Origin: Camelus dromedarius
Taxonomy: Eukaryota
DNA length: 64,000 nucleotides
Direction: 5' to 3'
Assembly (NCBI RefSeq): GCF_036321535.1
Contig: NC_087437.1
Coordinates: 65,846,001-65,910,000 of the forward strand
Part shown: in pieces, positions 52,030-64,000 of the stretch
How the letters are laid out: every line of letters starts with the position of its first letter
How positions within the stretch are numbered: the first letter of the stretch is position 1
Notes under the pieces: generated by a model
Database searches by the model: none
Told to the model about the DNA's origin: nothing
What the model saw: only the letters and a program-made list of their open reading frames with translations
Position numbers and translations under genes: made by a program

Positions 52030-53201
52030 CTGTAGAGACAAAGAAAGAAAGTATATTAAAAACAATGCATTCTGGTACGACTCTGAAAAACAGAATGAAA
52101 TACTCTAAACCTAATTCCAATCCCCCACTGCTAAAGCACACAGAGTAGGAGTGAGGAAGTAGTAATCTGAAGAAATAAAGGGACAATAAGAAAACACTCC
52201 TATTGAAAACTATCTTATCTATATTTTAGTAAGTAGAATTATATTACCCCACTAAATAGCATACACTGAAAGCAGAATGCAAATACCTTCTGGATAAGTG
52301 TGGCCTACCTTTCTGTTAAGTGATAATTTATCAGATAATCAAAATATATACAGGAGAGTGGGTTGGCCAGTTTAAGGCACAGCTGCATGGGTGGGCTCCA
52401 GTGCAGATGGTAACATGAGGCCTCGAGGAGGAGCTGGGGCTGGGGGTGTAGTGTCAAAGATAAGCTTGGCTTTTTGTGCAGTCACATACCCAGGCCTCTG
52501 GTGGCAGTGATTCCCACCACAGGCTGCTTTTGCTTTTCTGCTGTTACAGTATTAATACGTTTTAACATTAATTCACAAAGCGTGACCAACATAATCACGC
52601 AAACAGAGAACATACTAAGTGATATATGTATTCTGCTAATACTTAGCCCAATAAACATGTTTTTAAAACAATGAAATAAAAAAACAAAATATAAAAATTT
52701 GCAAAGATAACATCTAAAGGTTAATCAGAATAGAAAAGTTTAACTTCTGTACATCTAATGAGAAAAAAATTAACTTTTTAAGTTATTTCTGTATTCTCTT
52801 GCTTAATATACATAGTATAATTTCCTTACATCATGTAAAACACACTAAGAAAACTCTTTCATGAGCTAAGTTCAAGTCTTAGATATTTAAACTGATTAAT
52901 TTATTACTTCAAATTCTAAAGCAGCCATTAAATTAAATTTGAAAGACCCAGAGACCATCATGGTTTTTAAGAAAGTTTATTTCTATACGAGTTGAAAAGA
53001 TAAAACCATAAAATGAAACATATCATTTGAAACTGTCTGTTTTAACTCTGCTAGAAAGGAATCAAGATAAAAGAAGAGGAAGTGAGGAAAAGTCTAGAGC
53101 AAGATGGGAGTAGCAGCAGTAGAATCATCGGGAGAGAGAGCTGCAGCCAGCACAGGGGAAACGCATCACACAGGTACCGAATATCAGGTCCTAATACTTA
53201 C

Positions 53202-53348
53202 TCTGTCAGTTTTGAAAACATAAAACCAGAAGAAGAGGGGCCCAATTCCAAATAGAGCTCCTAACAGTGAGGTCTTGGGAGTGGGTCTGAAATTGGGATA
53301 GATATTTGATGATCTTGCGTAGGTCCAGCGAATCAAGGCAGGATCTTC
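53202..53348 (-). CDS. NDUFB4: NDUFB4 exon 2 ([49 protein letters not shown]), includes the TM helix
   Basis: ttttAG/GTaagt on the minus strand; 147 nt; YPNFRPTPK motif. Confidence 0.96.
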
Positions 53349-54639
53349 CTAAAATGAAAACAAGATACAGGAGATTAAGTTCTACACTGAGAAACAGTCT
53401 CATTAGCACTTTGAGGAGAAGCACAGGAGATGGCCTTTGTCCTCTTCCACAGTTAAGGGTATACCCTGAATATTCCTAAATACCTTCAGGGAAGATCCCT
53501 CATTTCTAGTATTTGTTGAATAATTCTCTGATGATCCTGTTCAGAATTTAAAAGACTCATATCCTCCTTCAGCTTTCTATTTATTTAAGATAAGAATCCC
53601 AATCATTTTAAGCTGTCAGAGAAGGCACTTTTTTTAAAATCATTTTTTCCTATTCTTTTCTGGATTGTTTTTGGCTTCATTGTCTTTCTTGAAATACGAC
53701 CAACAGAACCACACAGTATTTCCAATGGAGACAAACAGATTTTGTATGCTCTATCATACTGTGTACTTTATTTCCAGAACCCTTTCTAATGCTACCCTAC
53801 ACTGATCTTTTCCAGGCTACAAATAAACTGCAGGAAGGGGAAGACTGTCGGCTAATTCTGAACTTTACTTTTTATGAGCTGACTTGGCTAGTATTTTAAG
53901 AGCAAAATTACTACATTTCACACTATTAAAATAGTTTTTTAAAAGGACAAGGTTGTTAAAGAAAAATAATCAGATTGTCTTGGTTAAGAAACAAAGTAAT
54001 TATCAATTTTAATATATTTATACCAGAAATAATTATGTAAAAATAGCAAATCTACCCTAAACACAAAATTAAATCTAATTAGCTAAATCCCCTAATGATT
54101 TTAGAAAATTATTTGCTCCAATTAACTGACAGATAAAAATAAGCATATGAAATCAGCTTTAAAACTTCAATACTAAGCTGTAAAGAGAACATTCAAGGTC
54201 TTAACCAACAGCAAGAAGTCATAACTGACAGGACAAAAATAATTAAACTGGATCTTCCACAGTAACATTTTAAACCAGACTGTTTGCAGAGATAGTAAAG
54301 AAGGTGAAGACACAAGATACAGGTTCAAGGGGACGTTTGAACTCCACACCTGAAAGGATAAATTTTTCTATCTACTCTAGTATCCATCCCTTCCTGCTAT
54401 TAACATATTTGAATGATTCTCCCATGCCAGAATTCTCAATCTACCAGTCACCTCTCTACACTTTAATACCTGCCAGGTCTGTCTTCTTGAAACAGACATT
54501 TCATTTCATAAAAATACTAAGATCCCCATGACCATAGGTCATTGAATGAGGTACTGTTGTTGAGAGAGGTTCCAAAGCGTGGCATGGGAGACAGTTCTCC
54601 TGTGACACCACTCCATGTCCAGAGGACTATGGGCAGCAT

Positions 54640-55920
54640 CTGACATGGTGAACACTCCTTGAAATCATTTCTTCACTTCACTTCCAGGGCACACACCAAC
54701 TTGGTTTTCCTACTAATTCTCAGGCCATTCCTTCTTAAGTCTTTTTTGCTCTCTTCCTCCTTATCTCCCAATCTCTTAATACTGGACCTCAGACCTTGTG
54801 GGTCTTTCCTATCTACATGCACTCCCTTGATGATCTCCTTTAGTCATATGGCTTTAAGTAGCCATCTAAAGGGTGATGACTCCCAAAGTTATGCCTCCAG
54901 CCCTAGATTTCCACCCTGAACTCCAGATGTACTTACTATCCCACTCCCTGCTCAATGTTGACATACTAACAAGCAAATGTGATGTATCCCAAATTGACTT
55001 CCCAATATGCCATTCTACCTCCATCCCTGATCCTTTCACATTCTTCCCTATCTCGGTAAAAGGCAATTTCATTCTTCACTTAGGTCAAAAACCTTGGACT
55101 CATTCTTGACTCCTCTCTTTCTCTTACACCACATATCCAATCTGCCAGCAAACCTGATTGGGTCTAATTTCAACCCATAACCAGAACTGACCACTTCTTA
55201 CCAACTCCACTGCCATTACTTTTGTAGCCACTATCAACTAAGAGATTACTGTAAAGATTCCTAACTAGTCTTCTTGCTCCTGCTTTTGCCCCCTATAGTC
55301 TCTTTTAAACTAAGCAGCCAGAGATGTTGCTAAAATCTAAGTCTTGATTATGGAACTCCTGACTCAGAAAAGTCCTTACAGTGACCTACAAGGCCTGGCG
55401 TGATCTAGTCCCAGCTACCTTTCCCATCACATCTTTTCCTACTCTGTCCTCACTTTTCTCCACTTGAGTCACAATGGTCTCTTCAGTATTTGGGGGATTA
55501 ACCAGGCACACTCCTGTCTAAGAATCCTTGTACCTGCTGTCCCCTCTGCCTAAAATGCTACTTTCTCAAAGAGCTGAATGGCTAGCTCCCTCACTTCACT
55601 TCTCTCAGATCTTTACTCCAATGTCACCTTCCAACCAAGGCCTTTCTTGAGCCTTTCTAAAACTGCAGATGCTCTCCCTCCTGACTACATACACACATTC
55701 CTAATCCCCTTCCTTGCTTTATTTTTCTTCTTATCACTTACCACTATCTAACATGCTAAATGATTCAATTTTTTTTAACTTATTACTTGTCTCCCACTGG
55801 AAAGAAAGCTTTCTGAGGACAGGAGCCTGCCTGTTTTGTTCTTCACTGTTACCACAGCCCCTAAAACAGGGCCTGGCATAAATAGACCCCAAGCAATTAT
55901 TTATCACTGAACCAATCATT
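54640..55920 (+). mobile_element. L2 LINE 3' segment in NDUFB4 intron 1
   Basis: gatgactcccaa...ccctgaactccaga...cttgactcctctctttctct...aggcctggcataaatag typical of L2. Confidence 0.85.
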
Positions 55921-57179
55921 CATAAAGATTAGGTAAGGAATTTCCTTGTACTGCTCAATATATGATTATCTCAGGCACTCATTAACCTAACAAAAAACCT
56001 GAACAACCAATGAGGCAGCTGTAAAATGTGTTTTACATGGCAAAACTAAAACTGCTCTGGGTCACAGAAATGGAAAAGAGAAAACCTGGAGTTTAAACTT
56101 CAATTCTGACTCAGGGCCTCATTTTTTTTTTAACTACATCTTACCATCTGGCATATCAAACCCAATCATGTGAGTATGTACATAATGAATGTTTCATTCC
56201 ACAACTTCTCCCAAGTAAACAAGGGTTCTGGCTGGAGACAATACAGCCAACTGGTTAAGAAATGCTTTGGGTTACACAGACTCGGTTCAAATTCTGCTCT
56301 ATCACTTGCTAACGGAGTATCACTTTATGACATACTTGTCCCTCCCATGTTATCTTTCTCATCTGTAAAATGGGGACAGTAATAGAGCTTAACTCTTTAA
56401 ATAGCTGTGGTATTTGAATATCATATATAAAGAGTTTCAGTAGTGCCCGGCACATTGTAAATTTCCTTCAGTCCTTACAATTTCCTAAAATTCCTACAGA
56501 ATACCAAAACAACTGTTGGGGGAAAAAATTTTTTTTAAATCATATTTAAACAGCTCTTGTACAGAAACTTATCTAAAAGCACACTTCTTAAATAATAATA
56601 GCTATCAGTTTACTGGACATGTATTATGTGCTAGGAGTGAAGAATGTACTACCATTTCCATATGTGAAAATCAGAACACTAAGGTTCAGAAGGGTTCAGG
56701 ATATTGCACAAGGTCATACAGTTCGCCTGTTGTAGTGCCTTGGCCTCTGACTCCAAAGCCCCAAGCTGTAGGGTGTTTAAGTCTTCAAAAAATATAAACT
56801 GAAGTTTATATCTATAGTCATTTATATCTACAGACTATTATCACTATAGTCCCATTAGGGGAGACCAGTATTGCTATGAACTGTTAATTGAAAAGTGGAA
56901 AACAGCTTTAAAAGAAATACACCCCCCCCCCCATTTTCTGAACATTCATTACCAACCAAGCACTGTGTTGGCCGGTCACGTGCCATATCTCCTTTGATCC
57001 TCATAAGATAGGCAGTATTATAGTAGTCCCATTTTCATGGTAGGAAAGTCGAGGCTAAGCATCAGAGTTGAATGACTTTTTCAAGATCACTCAGGCGGGA
57101 AGTGATTAAGCCGAGACTCAAACTCAGCCAGGTGTGAAACCAAAACCCGTCCTCTTGACCACCAAGCTGTCTGCCCAAG

Positions 57180-57800
57180 GTCAAAGGGCGAATGAATTGG
57201 TCTGCTCCTGGGCCTGGACAAGGACGCACGTCTAAAATACAATTCGGGAACGGTGGCCGCCCCGCAGTGCGGTCCCCCTTGGCGAGTCTGGGCCGCCAAG
57301 TCCGACGGGGCCGCCCAGACTCTGGCCCTAGGTTCCCACCCGGCCGGCCCCTCACTCACGATGACCCCTCGGCGGCTGGGGTCGTTGTACTGAAGTAGGT
57401 ACTCTCGTTTAAGCCGGGATCTTATGGCCAACCGCTCGGCTTGTGCCTTCCGGGCTTCCGGAGATATGTCGTATTCAGCTGGGTCGAGGGTAGCGGGTTG
57501 GGTGGCTAGGCGGGACGGCTCGTACTTGGAGGACGACATCTTGGCAGCCTCGCGCACAACCGCGCCTGCGCGACTCCGAGGCCCGCCCGCTTCATTCTAC
57601 CTGAGTCCTGAGGAAGTGCGCCTGCGCGTTAGCCAGAGGTTGAAGATGGAGTTTGGCAAGGAGTGCTGCTTTTTTCCTCAACCCTCCTCCCTGTCCTGGC
57701 CCTCTAGTGGCGATCTGCGCGTGCGCTAGGTACTTTCCTCGCCTTCCCCACCCCTCCCCCACCTCCTTCCCCTGTCAGCCTCCGGAATCTGTCGCTTGTT
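57180..57800 (-). promoter_or_regulatory. NDUFB4: NDUFB4 CpG-island promoter with NRF1-, ETS/GABP- and CTCF-like motifs
   Basis: Dense CpG over exon 1; GCGCCTGCGC at 57562-57571 and 57618-57627; TGCGCGTGCGC at 57716-57726; GGAAGT at 57612-57617; GCCCTCTAGTGG at 57699-57710. Confidence 0.85.
57360..57539 (-). CDS. NDUFB4: NDUFB4 exon 1 ([60 protein letters not shown])
   Basis: ATG in gccaagATG context; 180 nt; donor GTgagt; recognisable complex I B15 subunit; in ORF 57087..57557. Confidence 0.97.
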
Positions 57801-60800
57801 GTTCCTTCCTAGCAGCCTTATCTCTGTCGACATATAGAGCTTATTCTGTGAAGTTGAGCTGGCAGAGATGGGAAATGAGACTGACTGTGGAATTCTGTTT
57901 CAGTGTGGGTCCAGTTTTGTGACCTGGGACATGACACTTAACTTCTTGGAGTTTCCTGTTCCATATCCTGGAGATAATGACTCCTGTCCACCTAGCAAAG
58001 TTGTTGTGAGAATTAAGTAAAGTAATAAATAGATGCCAACATACTTTGCAAAACACAATTTCTTATCCAAGAAAAAGAAAATGATCTTTTCTCTACGTTA
58101 CTACTTTAGATACATACAACATAAGCAGAATAGTGTTTTTCAAAGGCATTTTTAATAGGAGAATGATGTTAAAAGTGTTGCCTGCCTGATTATACTAGGT
58201 CAGGGGGAAAAATGTATTGAATAAACCATGCGAAGAAACAATATCTGAGTTAAAAATACTAAAACCTCTTAACGTAAAATTATTAGCGCTCTTCAGGTGC
58301 TAAGAAAAAAAGCATCTTTAGAGATATGAAAGTAAGCATAGAGGCATTGTGTCTTGCTGTGAAAGATGATTAGGGGTGGTGGGGGAAGGAGGGCAACCGA
58401 AAAGGAAACGTTCTCCATCCTTACTGTCCTTCTTTACCCACTATCACCAAAGAAAAAGGGCGACCTCAGGTTGCACAGCAGGGTTTTTGGGTAGCAGTCA
58501 GATACTCCTTAGGGGAAAACATGTTAGCAATATTTCCATAACTCAGGCAAGGAAAGCTGGATCAAAAGAGAGCTTCAGCCTGGATGAAATGTCTGGGGAC
58601 ATGTAGGTAGTTGGGAAATGGTTGCTAGGCAGAGAAGGGACCTAGAAAGTGTTGGAACTTGAAGTGGTAAGGAGCAGCGCTGCTGTCAAATTTATTCAAC
58701 ATTTTAATACTGTTTTAAAATATTTATTAAGCACTCACTACGTGAAGCATACTGCACACTAGTCATTCTTAGTCAATCTTCTGGGCTCAGTGGGGGAAAA
58801 ACAGAAGAAATGAAGGACATGGTGTTTGTCTCCCAGGAGCTGACAGTCAGGCAGTACAGAAAGAATAGAATATGATAATATTTGCAAAGCAGTTGAATGT
58901 CCAAATGAATATACAGTAAAGTGGACTCAGGAGAATGCAGGCTGAGGGAATGTAGAAAAAAGAAATTTGAGACAGATTACTCACACTCAATTTTAAAGGA
59001 GCGGGGGAAAGAGAAAGTTCTGATTTGTCTAAGGTGTGTAAAAATATTAAGAAAATAAAACGAAATGAAAAGAGGACAGGTTGTATATTCTAAAGACTAC
59101 ATTAATAGTTTCAGAAACCTCTTGTTTATAGATTAGACACTGATCTAGGAAAAGGACATGTAAAAAAATAAAAGAAAAAAGAAAGGAATACAGTGAGTAC
59201 AAGCCAACTGACAAAGGTAAAAAAAAAAAAGACTTTTAATGTTAAGAGAGAGGGAGAGAGACAAAGACAGAATAAACTTCATCATTTTGTTTTGGATGAG
59301 TTAAGGGAGTTATCTCCACATTTACTTTATTATCATAAAGATCCCTTCAAATGACTGTTAAAAATATGAAGTCCTAGGTTTTGTCCTACTCTTGGAGATT
59401 CAGAATTCATCTTGCAAGGGAACCCAAGAGTTTGTATTTTTTACATTTTCCTGAGGGGATTTGTACCATATTGCTTGTTTGAGAAACATAGAAATGACTA
59501 CAAGAGGTCTTCCTTTTCCCAGAAAAGGCCCTCTTAGAGTGAATCTATTTAAGATGGAGACCTAGATTACACAGTGAAAGAAAAAGACTGGATTGGGACT
59601 TTATCTTGAAATAATACAGCCAAAAATTTATGAAAATGAATTTATCTTATATTTAACACATTTTAGGTTACAATTAATACTGTGTGCTAATTCTTATAAA
59701 TCAAGTGTTAATTTGTGAGGACATTATTTTCATGTAGCTCATTATCCTTAACTGCATTTGATTTTTTGCAGCAGGGTCATATTTGCAAAAGTGTTGGAGG
59801 GCATTGTCCAGTTTTCCCAAGGCTCTCTCCCAAATCTATGAAACCAAATTATTTTCTTTCGATGCACTGATGTCATCCTCATTCTTATTGGTTTTCTCTT
59901 TTTCATTTGTTACCTTGTCCAACTCTAAGATCCTCCTGTATTAGTGACTTTGCATGTGGATCTAGCAGTTCACCAACATCACTTTAATCAATTTCATGAA
60001 ATTCCACATCTTTTGCAAGATTTGCAATAGATTTCTATTACATTGGAGGACTGGATATTTCCAAATGGCTGGCTATCAGTGCCATTTTTGTAATGGTTGT
60101 TGGTTTGTTCAGGTTTTCTTTTGGAATCAATTTCAGTAATTTACATTTGCTAAATATCTTGCTTTGAACCTATTGCCATAGTTTCTCATCTTATGATCTT
60201 TTCAGTCTCCACTGTCTTTATGATTCTCTTTTGCTTCTATTACTGTTTATTTATTGCATCTTTTTTTCTTCATCAATACTGCTAGAGTTCTGTCTACCTT
60301 GTCTTTTCACAGAACCTATATTTTATTTTTTAATCATCTCTAATTAATAATTTTTCCTCTTATACTTACTTATTCTATTTTTCTTGAGATTACTCCAGTG
60401 TTCTTTTTCCAGCTTCTTAAGCAGAATGCTTATCCCATTTATTTTTGTTTATATATGTATTATAATTTTTATGCATGTAATTCTGTACATTTCATTTGAG
60501 CTACATCTCCACAAGTTTTTATTAGTATTTTTATTGTCATGTAACTCTGAGTAGCTTATAATTTCCATTATGTTTTTTCCCATAACCCATTAGTTATTTA
60601 GGAATGTAAAAGGTTTTTTTGGTCTATCTTTTTATTGTTAATTTCTAATTTAATAGCTGTATTGTTTGAGAACTTTGTATAATATTAGTCCTTTTAAATT
60701 TGCCGAGACTCTCTTTAGGACTTCATAGCGATCAGTTTTTTGTTCAGTTCGTTTTGTTTTGTTTTTAAAAAAACATTTTATTGAAATGTAACCTAATGTA

Positions 60801-60890
60801 AACATATAGAAAAATGCATAAATTATACATATGCTGTTCAGTGACTTATTACAAAGTGAGTACACCCTTGTAAGAATACATAGTTATTTT

Positions 60891-61011
60891 TATTGAAGTG
60901 TAGTTGCTGTACAATATTATGTAAGTTACAGGTGTACGATATAGTGACTCAGTTTTTAAAGGTTGTATTCCATTTATAGTTATCATAAAATATTGGTTAT
61001 ATTCTCCATGT
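60891..61011 (-). mobile_element. Short L1 3' end with 15-bp TSD, nested in older L1M sequence (~59800-61220)
   Basis: ATACATAGTTATTTT at 60876-60890 and 61012-61026; body begins ttattgaagtgtagttg. Confidence 0.85.
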
Positions 61012-63485
61012 ATACATAGTTATTTTATAATAGTTCCATGTGAGCTTAAAAAGAATGTATATTCTATATTCACTGAATGCAAGGTTAAATCAAGCTTGTT
61101 AATTGTGTGGTTTGGATCTTTCATATCTTTATTCATCGTTGTCTACTTGATCTATTTTTAATATAGAGGTGTATTATAATCTTCCAATGCCATTGTGGTT
61201 TGTTAATTTCTCCTTGAGGGAAATTAGAATACACAGGGTGAACTGAAGGTGAGATGGAAACATTTTAATGTGCATGGATCTGTGAATTGTTTGTACCATA
61301 AAGACAAAGCAACTCATACATAATGGTTCGCTCACTCCATCCATTTATTGTGCTGTATACAAATCAACCAGGGGAAAAAAAAAGATTTCTGCTTAAAATA
61401 TACATACAATACACTTAGAAACACATCTGTCATGTAGACATATCCAAAAGCTTATGAATATTACATTTTGTATTCCCCTTCTTCAGAGACAGTCTTTTCA
61501 TCCTAGTCATATATCTGTTCTTATTACTAAAGTCACTTACATAAGCACATATTTGTACTTGAAAGGAACAATAAGTTCCCAACAAAGTGTAAGGTGACAT
61601 TTTCTTGCAGGCTGTCAATTTAACATAAAAGAGGGTTAATCCTCTTAGCTGAGACTATGTCATGCTTTCTTCTTTGGGATAAAGTTCTGCCCTGTCATCA
61701 TCTTTGCTTGGGAAAAGCAATAGCCTCCTAGTTGGTTTTCGTATATACGTGCACATCTGCCATACTTCGGTTTTTTTTCCATACGGCAGCCAGAGTGACC
61801 TTTTAAAATATATGTTATCCTGTCTCCCCTAATTAAATTCTTAAATGACTTCAAGACCCGCTGAGGTCTGCTCCCTAACTCTCCAGCTACACTTCGCTCT
61901 ATGCTCCCCATCACTGAATGTGCTCTAGCCATACTGTAGTTCTTCCCTTCCACAGAGCCTTTGCACTTACTTTTCACCCTGTCTTAAACATTACACTCCA
62001 TAGTCCTATTCATCCTTCAGAACTCACTCAATTCTATAGTCCCTTAACTAACCAACAAGGTCCAATTCTCCTATGAGCTATAGTACTATAGACCTCTCCT
62101 TCATAACACTAACTACAATCCTAATTTTACATTTTGTATTATTTAGTTCATCCCTGTCTCTCCCCTCCCCACCCTTCACATTAGAATGTAGGCTCTTTGA
62201 AGACCAGGACTGTTTCAGGCTTGGCTCACCCTGCATCCTAACACTAGCACAGTGCCTGGCACATCATAGCAGTGGTGAATGAATAAATGACCAGCTGCCT
62301 TTCTTCATGTCAAAGAGAATGTATTAGCCAAACATGCCTGCGCCCTTCTTACTGCCTCTGCTTTCATCCCATCTTACTTCCAGGCCATACTCCACATTCA
62401 TCACCTCTTCCCCTTCTGCTCCCAACCCCAGATTAAAAATTCAAATCCAAAACCATTGTCCAGAAATGTAGATTTTTACTGCAGATTTTGTGTGATTACA
62501 GAGGAGGGGGTTCCTCACAAACAAAATGCCCTAACAGTGCCCTTTAAACATCTCTGCTTTTCCCCCTAGTTCTTACTTCTGCAGTTCAGAGCTGTCTCAT
62601 CCCTCTTCGTTTGCCCCCTGCCAAGTTGGCTCTGGGAGCCCCTTGAGCCAAGCTGCCTCGCCCTTCACCTGCCCCCAACTCTATAGTCAGCAAAACAAAA
62701 CACAGCCACCGGCCAAGCCACGACTCCTCGAGTTCTTAGTTTACAGGGCCTCTTGCATTTTTAAGAAATTTGGAACAGAAAGTGTTGCGCATTTTTTCCA
62801 TTGCTTGATGATATTCTTCCCTCCATCATTAACGCCCTGTGCCCTCCCTGCTGTCTGTGGCCAACTGAAATCTTATGTCCATCAAGGTCCACTTTAAATG
62901 TCCAATTTTCTGGAAACTTTTCCATAAAACCTCCAAGTAAAGATGATTTTTCTCTCCCCTAAGTATGTGTGCTACTTCTTTTATTCTACTTGATGCTACA
63001 GGCAATGTTATAGTTGTTTTTCTCTCCCTCTCCTTTAAGAGCAAGTTCCGTTTCTTACTCAACATCCCCTGAAGAGCCTGCCTCAGGACCCAGTGCACAG
63101 GCTGCTCCAGTCCTGATTGGATTATAATGAAATCATTCATATTTCTTTTCTTAGGCTTTAGTAAAAGTGTCTTCAAGAAAGTGACTGAATTTCATGTTTC
63201 CAAATGACAGATAGCCTATTTCAGTTCCGGAGTCAGCTAGCAGAAACCACTCCCCTCTGGGAAGGAGCTCTGTAGATATTATGGGTGGGTGCAGAACAGC
63301 TTTTAATAGTCTCAGAGAGAACTTCTCTATTCAAGTAAAAGATACAGTTGACTTTTTTGCCTGGGTTGATTCTAGCTTTCTAAAATGCAGCACCAATATG
63401 GTCTCAACATGAAACCATAAATATGTTTATTCCTATAAGCATCTTCATTACCCTGGATTAAATAAGAATAAAAAGTAAAATGAAG

Positions 63486-63614
63486 GGGAGGTATATAGCT
63501 CAGTGGTAGAGTGCATACTTAGCATGCATGAGGTCCTGTGTTCAATTCCCCAGTACCTCCATTGAATAAATAAATAAACCTAATTACCTCCGCCCCCCCC
63601 AAATTTTTTTTTTT
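63486..63614 (+). mobile_element. Camelid-type tRNA-derived SINE with 14-bp TSD
   Basis: gggaggtatatagctcagtggtagagtgcatacttagcatgcatgaggtcctgtgttcaattccccagtacctcc; A-box and B-box-like motifs; TSD AAAGTAAAATGAAG at 63472-63485 and 63615-63628. Confidence 0.9.
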
Positions 63615-64000
63615 AAAGTAAAATGAAGTTCTCCAGTTTATTTCTTAACATTTTTCCATTCCAAAATTAGTACATTTCATTAGAGGAAAAATTTTAAATG
63701 GAATGAAAAATCAAAATACTTTTTAAAATCTGTATTTCTACAACCTAAGGACAATCACAGGATTTTTTGTCATGTTTTTCCAAACTTTTTTCCTTGTAGA
63801 AGATTTTTTAAAACATTGTAATCATGCTATAGATATACTGTATTCTGCTTTTTTACTTAAGATTTTAAGTAAGCATTTTTCTATACTCTTTATTATGTAT
63901 AATGATATCCATAATATTATGGGTACATAAAATTCCAACAAGAGGAAATAATTATAATTTACTTAATTGTCTCCTGTATTTGAACTTAAAGTTGCTTAAA

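Noticed and set aside
57087..57557. 156-aa ORF as an N- or C-terminally extended NDUFB4
   Set aside because: It starts at a non-ATG codon and reads through the strong GTGAGT donor into a GC-rich intron; the spliced 129-aa product explains it
63486..63560. tRNA gene
   Set aside because: The tRNA-like head is followed by SINE body and tail, flanked by a TSD, and has diverged paralogues in the window

Overview
This is mammalian genomic DNA, most likely camelid, inferred from three tRNA-derived SINEs of the camelid type. It holds HGD (homogentisate 1,2-dioxygenase) exons 2-14 on the + strand (1177-39000; exon 1 lies upstream of the window). The complete three-exon NDUFB4 gene lies on the - strand (CDS 57539->51967), tail-to-tail with HGD as in human. 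Both genes splice with canonical GT-AG sites into intact frames: 440 of the expected 445 HGD codons and 129 aa for NDUFB4. The rest is intronic or intergenic DNA rich in transposable elements (L1, L2, MIR, CR1, hAT MERs, ERVL/MaLR remnants, three solo LTRs with 4-bp TSDs). I find no new protein-coding system. The best leads are (i) a 180-bp, 179/180-identical direct repeat bracketing HGD exon 12, (ii) a ~1.5-kb tract between the genes with an apparent strong AT->GC substitution bias, overlapping a CpG-rich solo LTR aimed antisense at HGD, (iii) nested and ultra-short retrotransposition events, and (iv) a Pro substitution next to the HGD active-site residues. Repeat family names and reference-protein comparisons come from recall, not from a database search.
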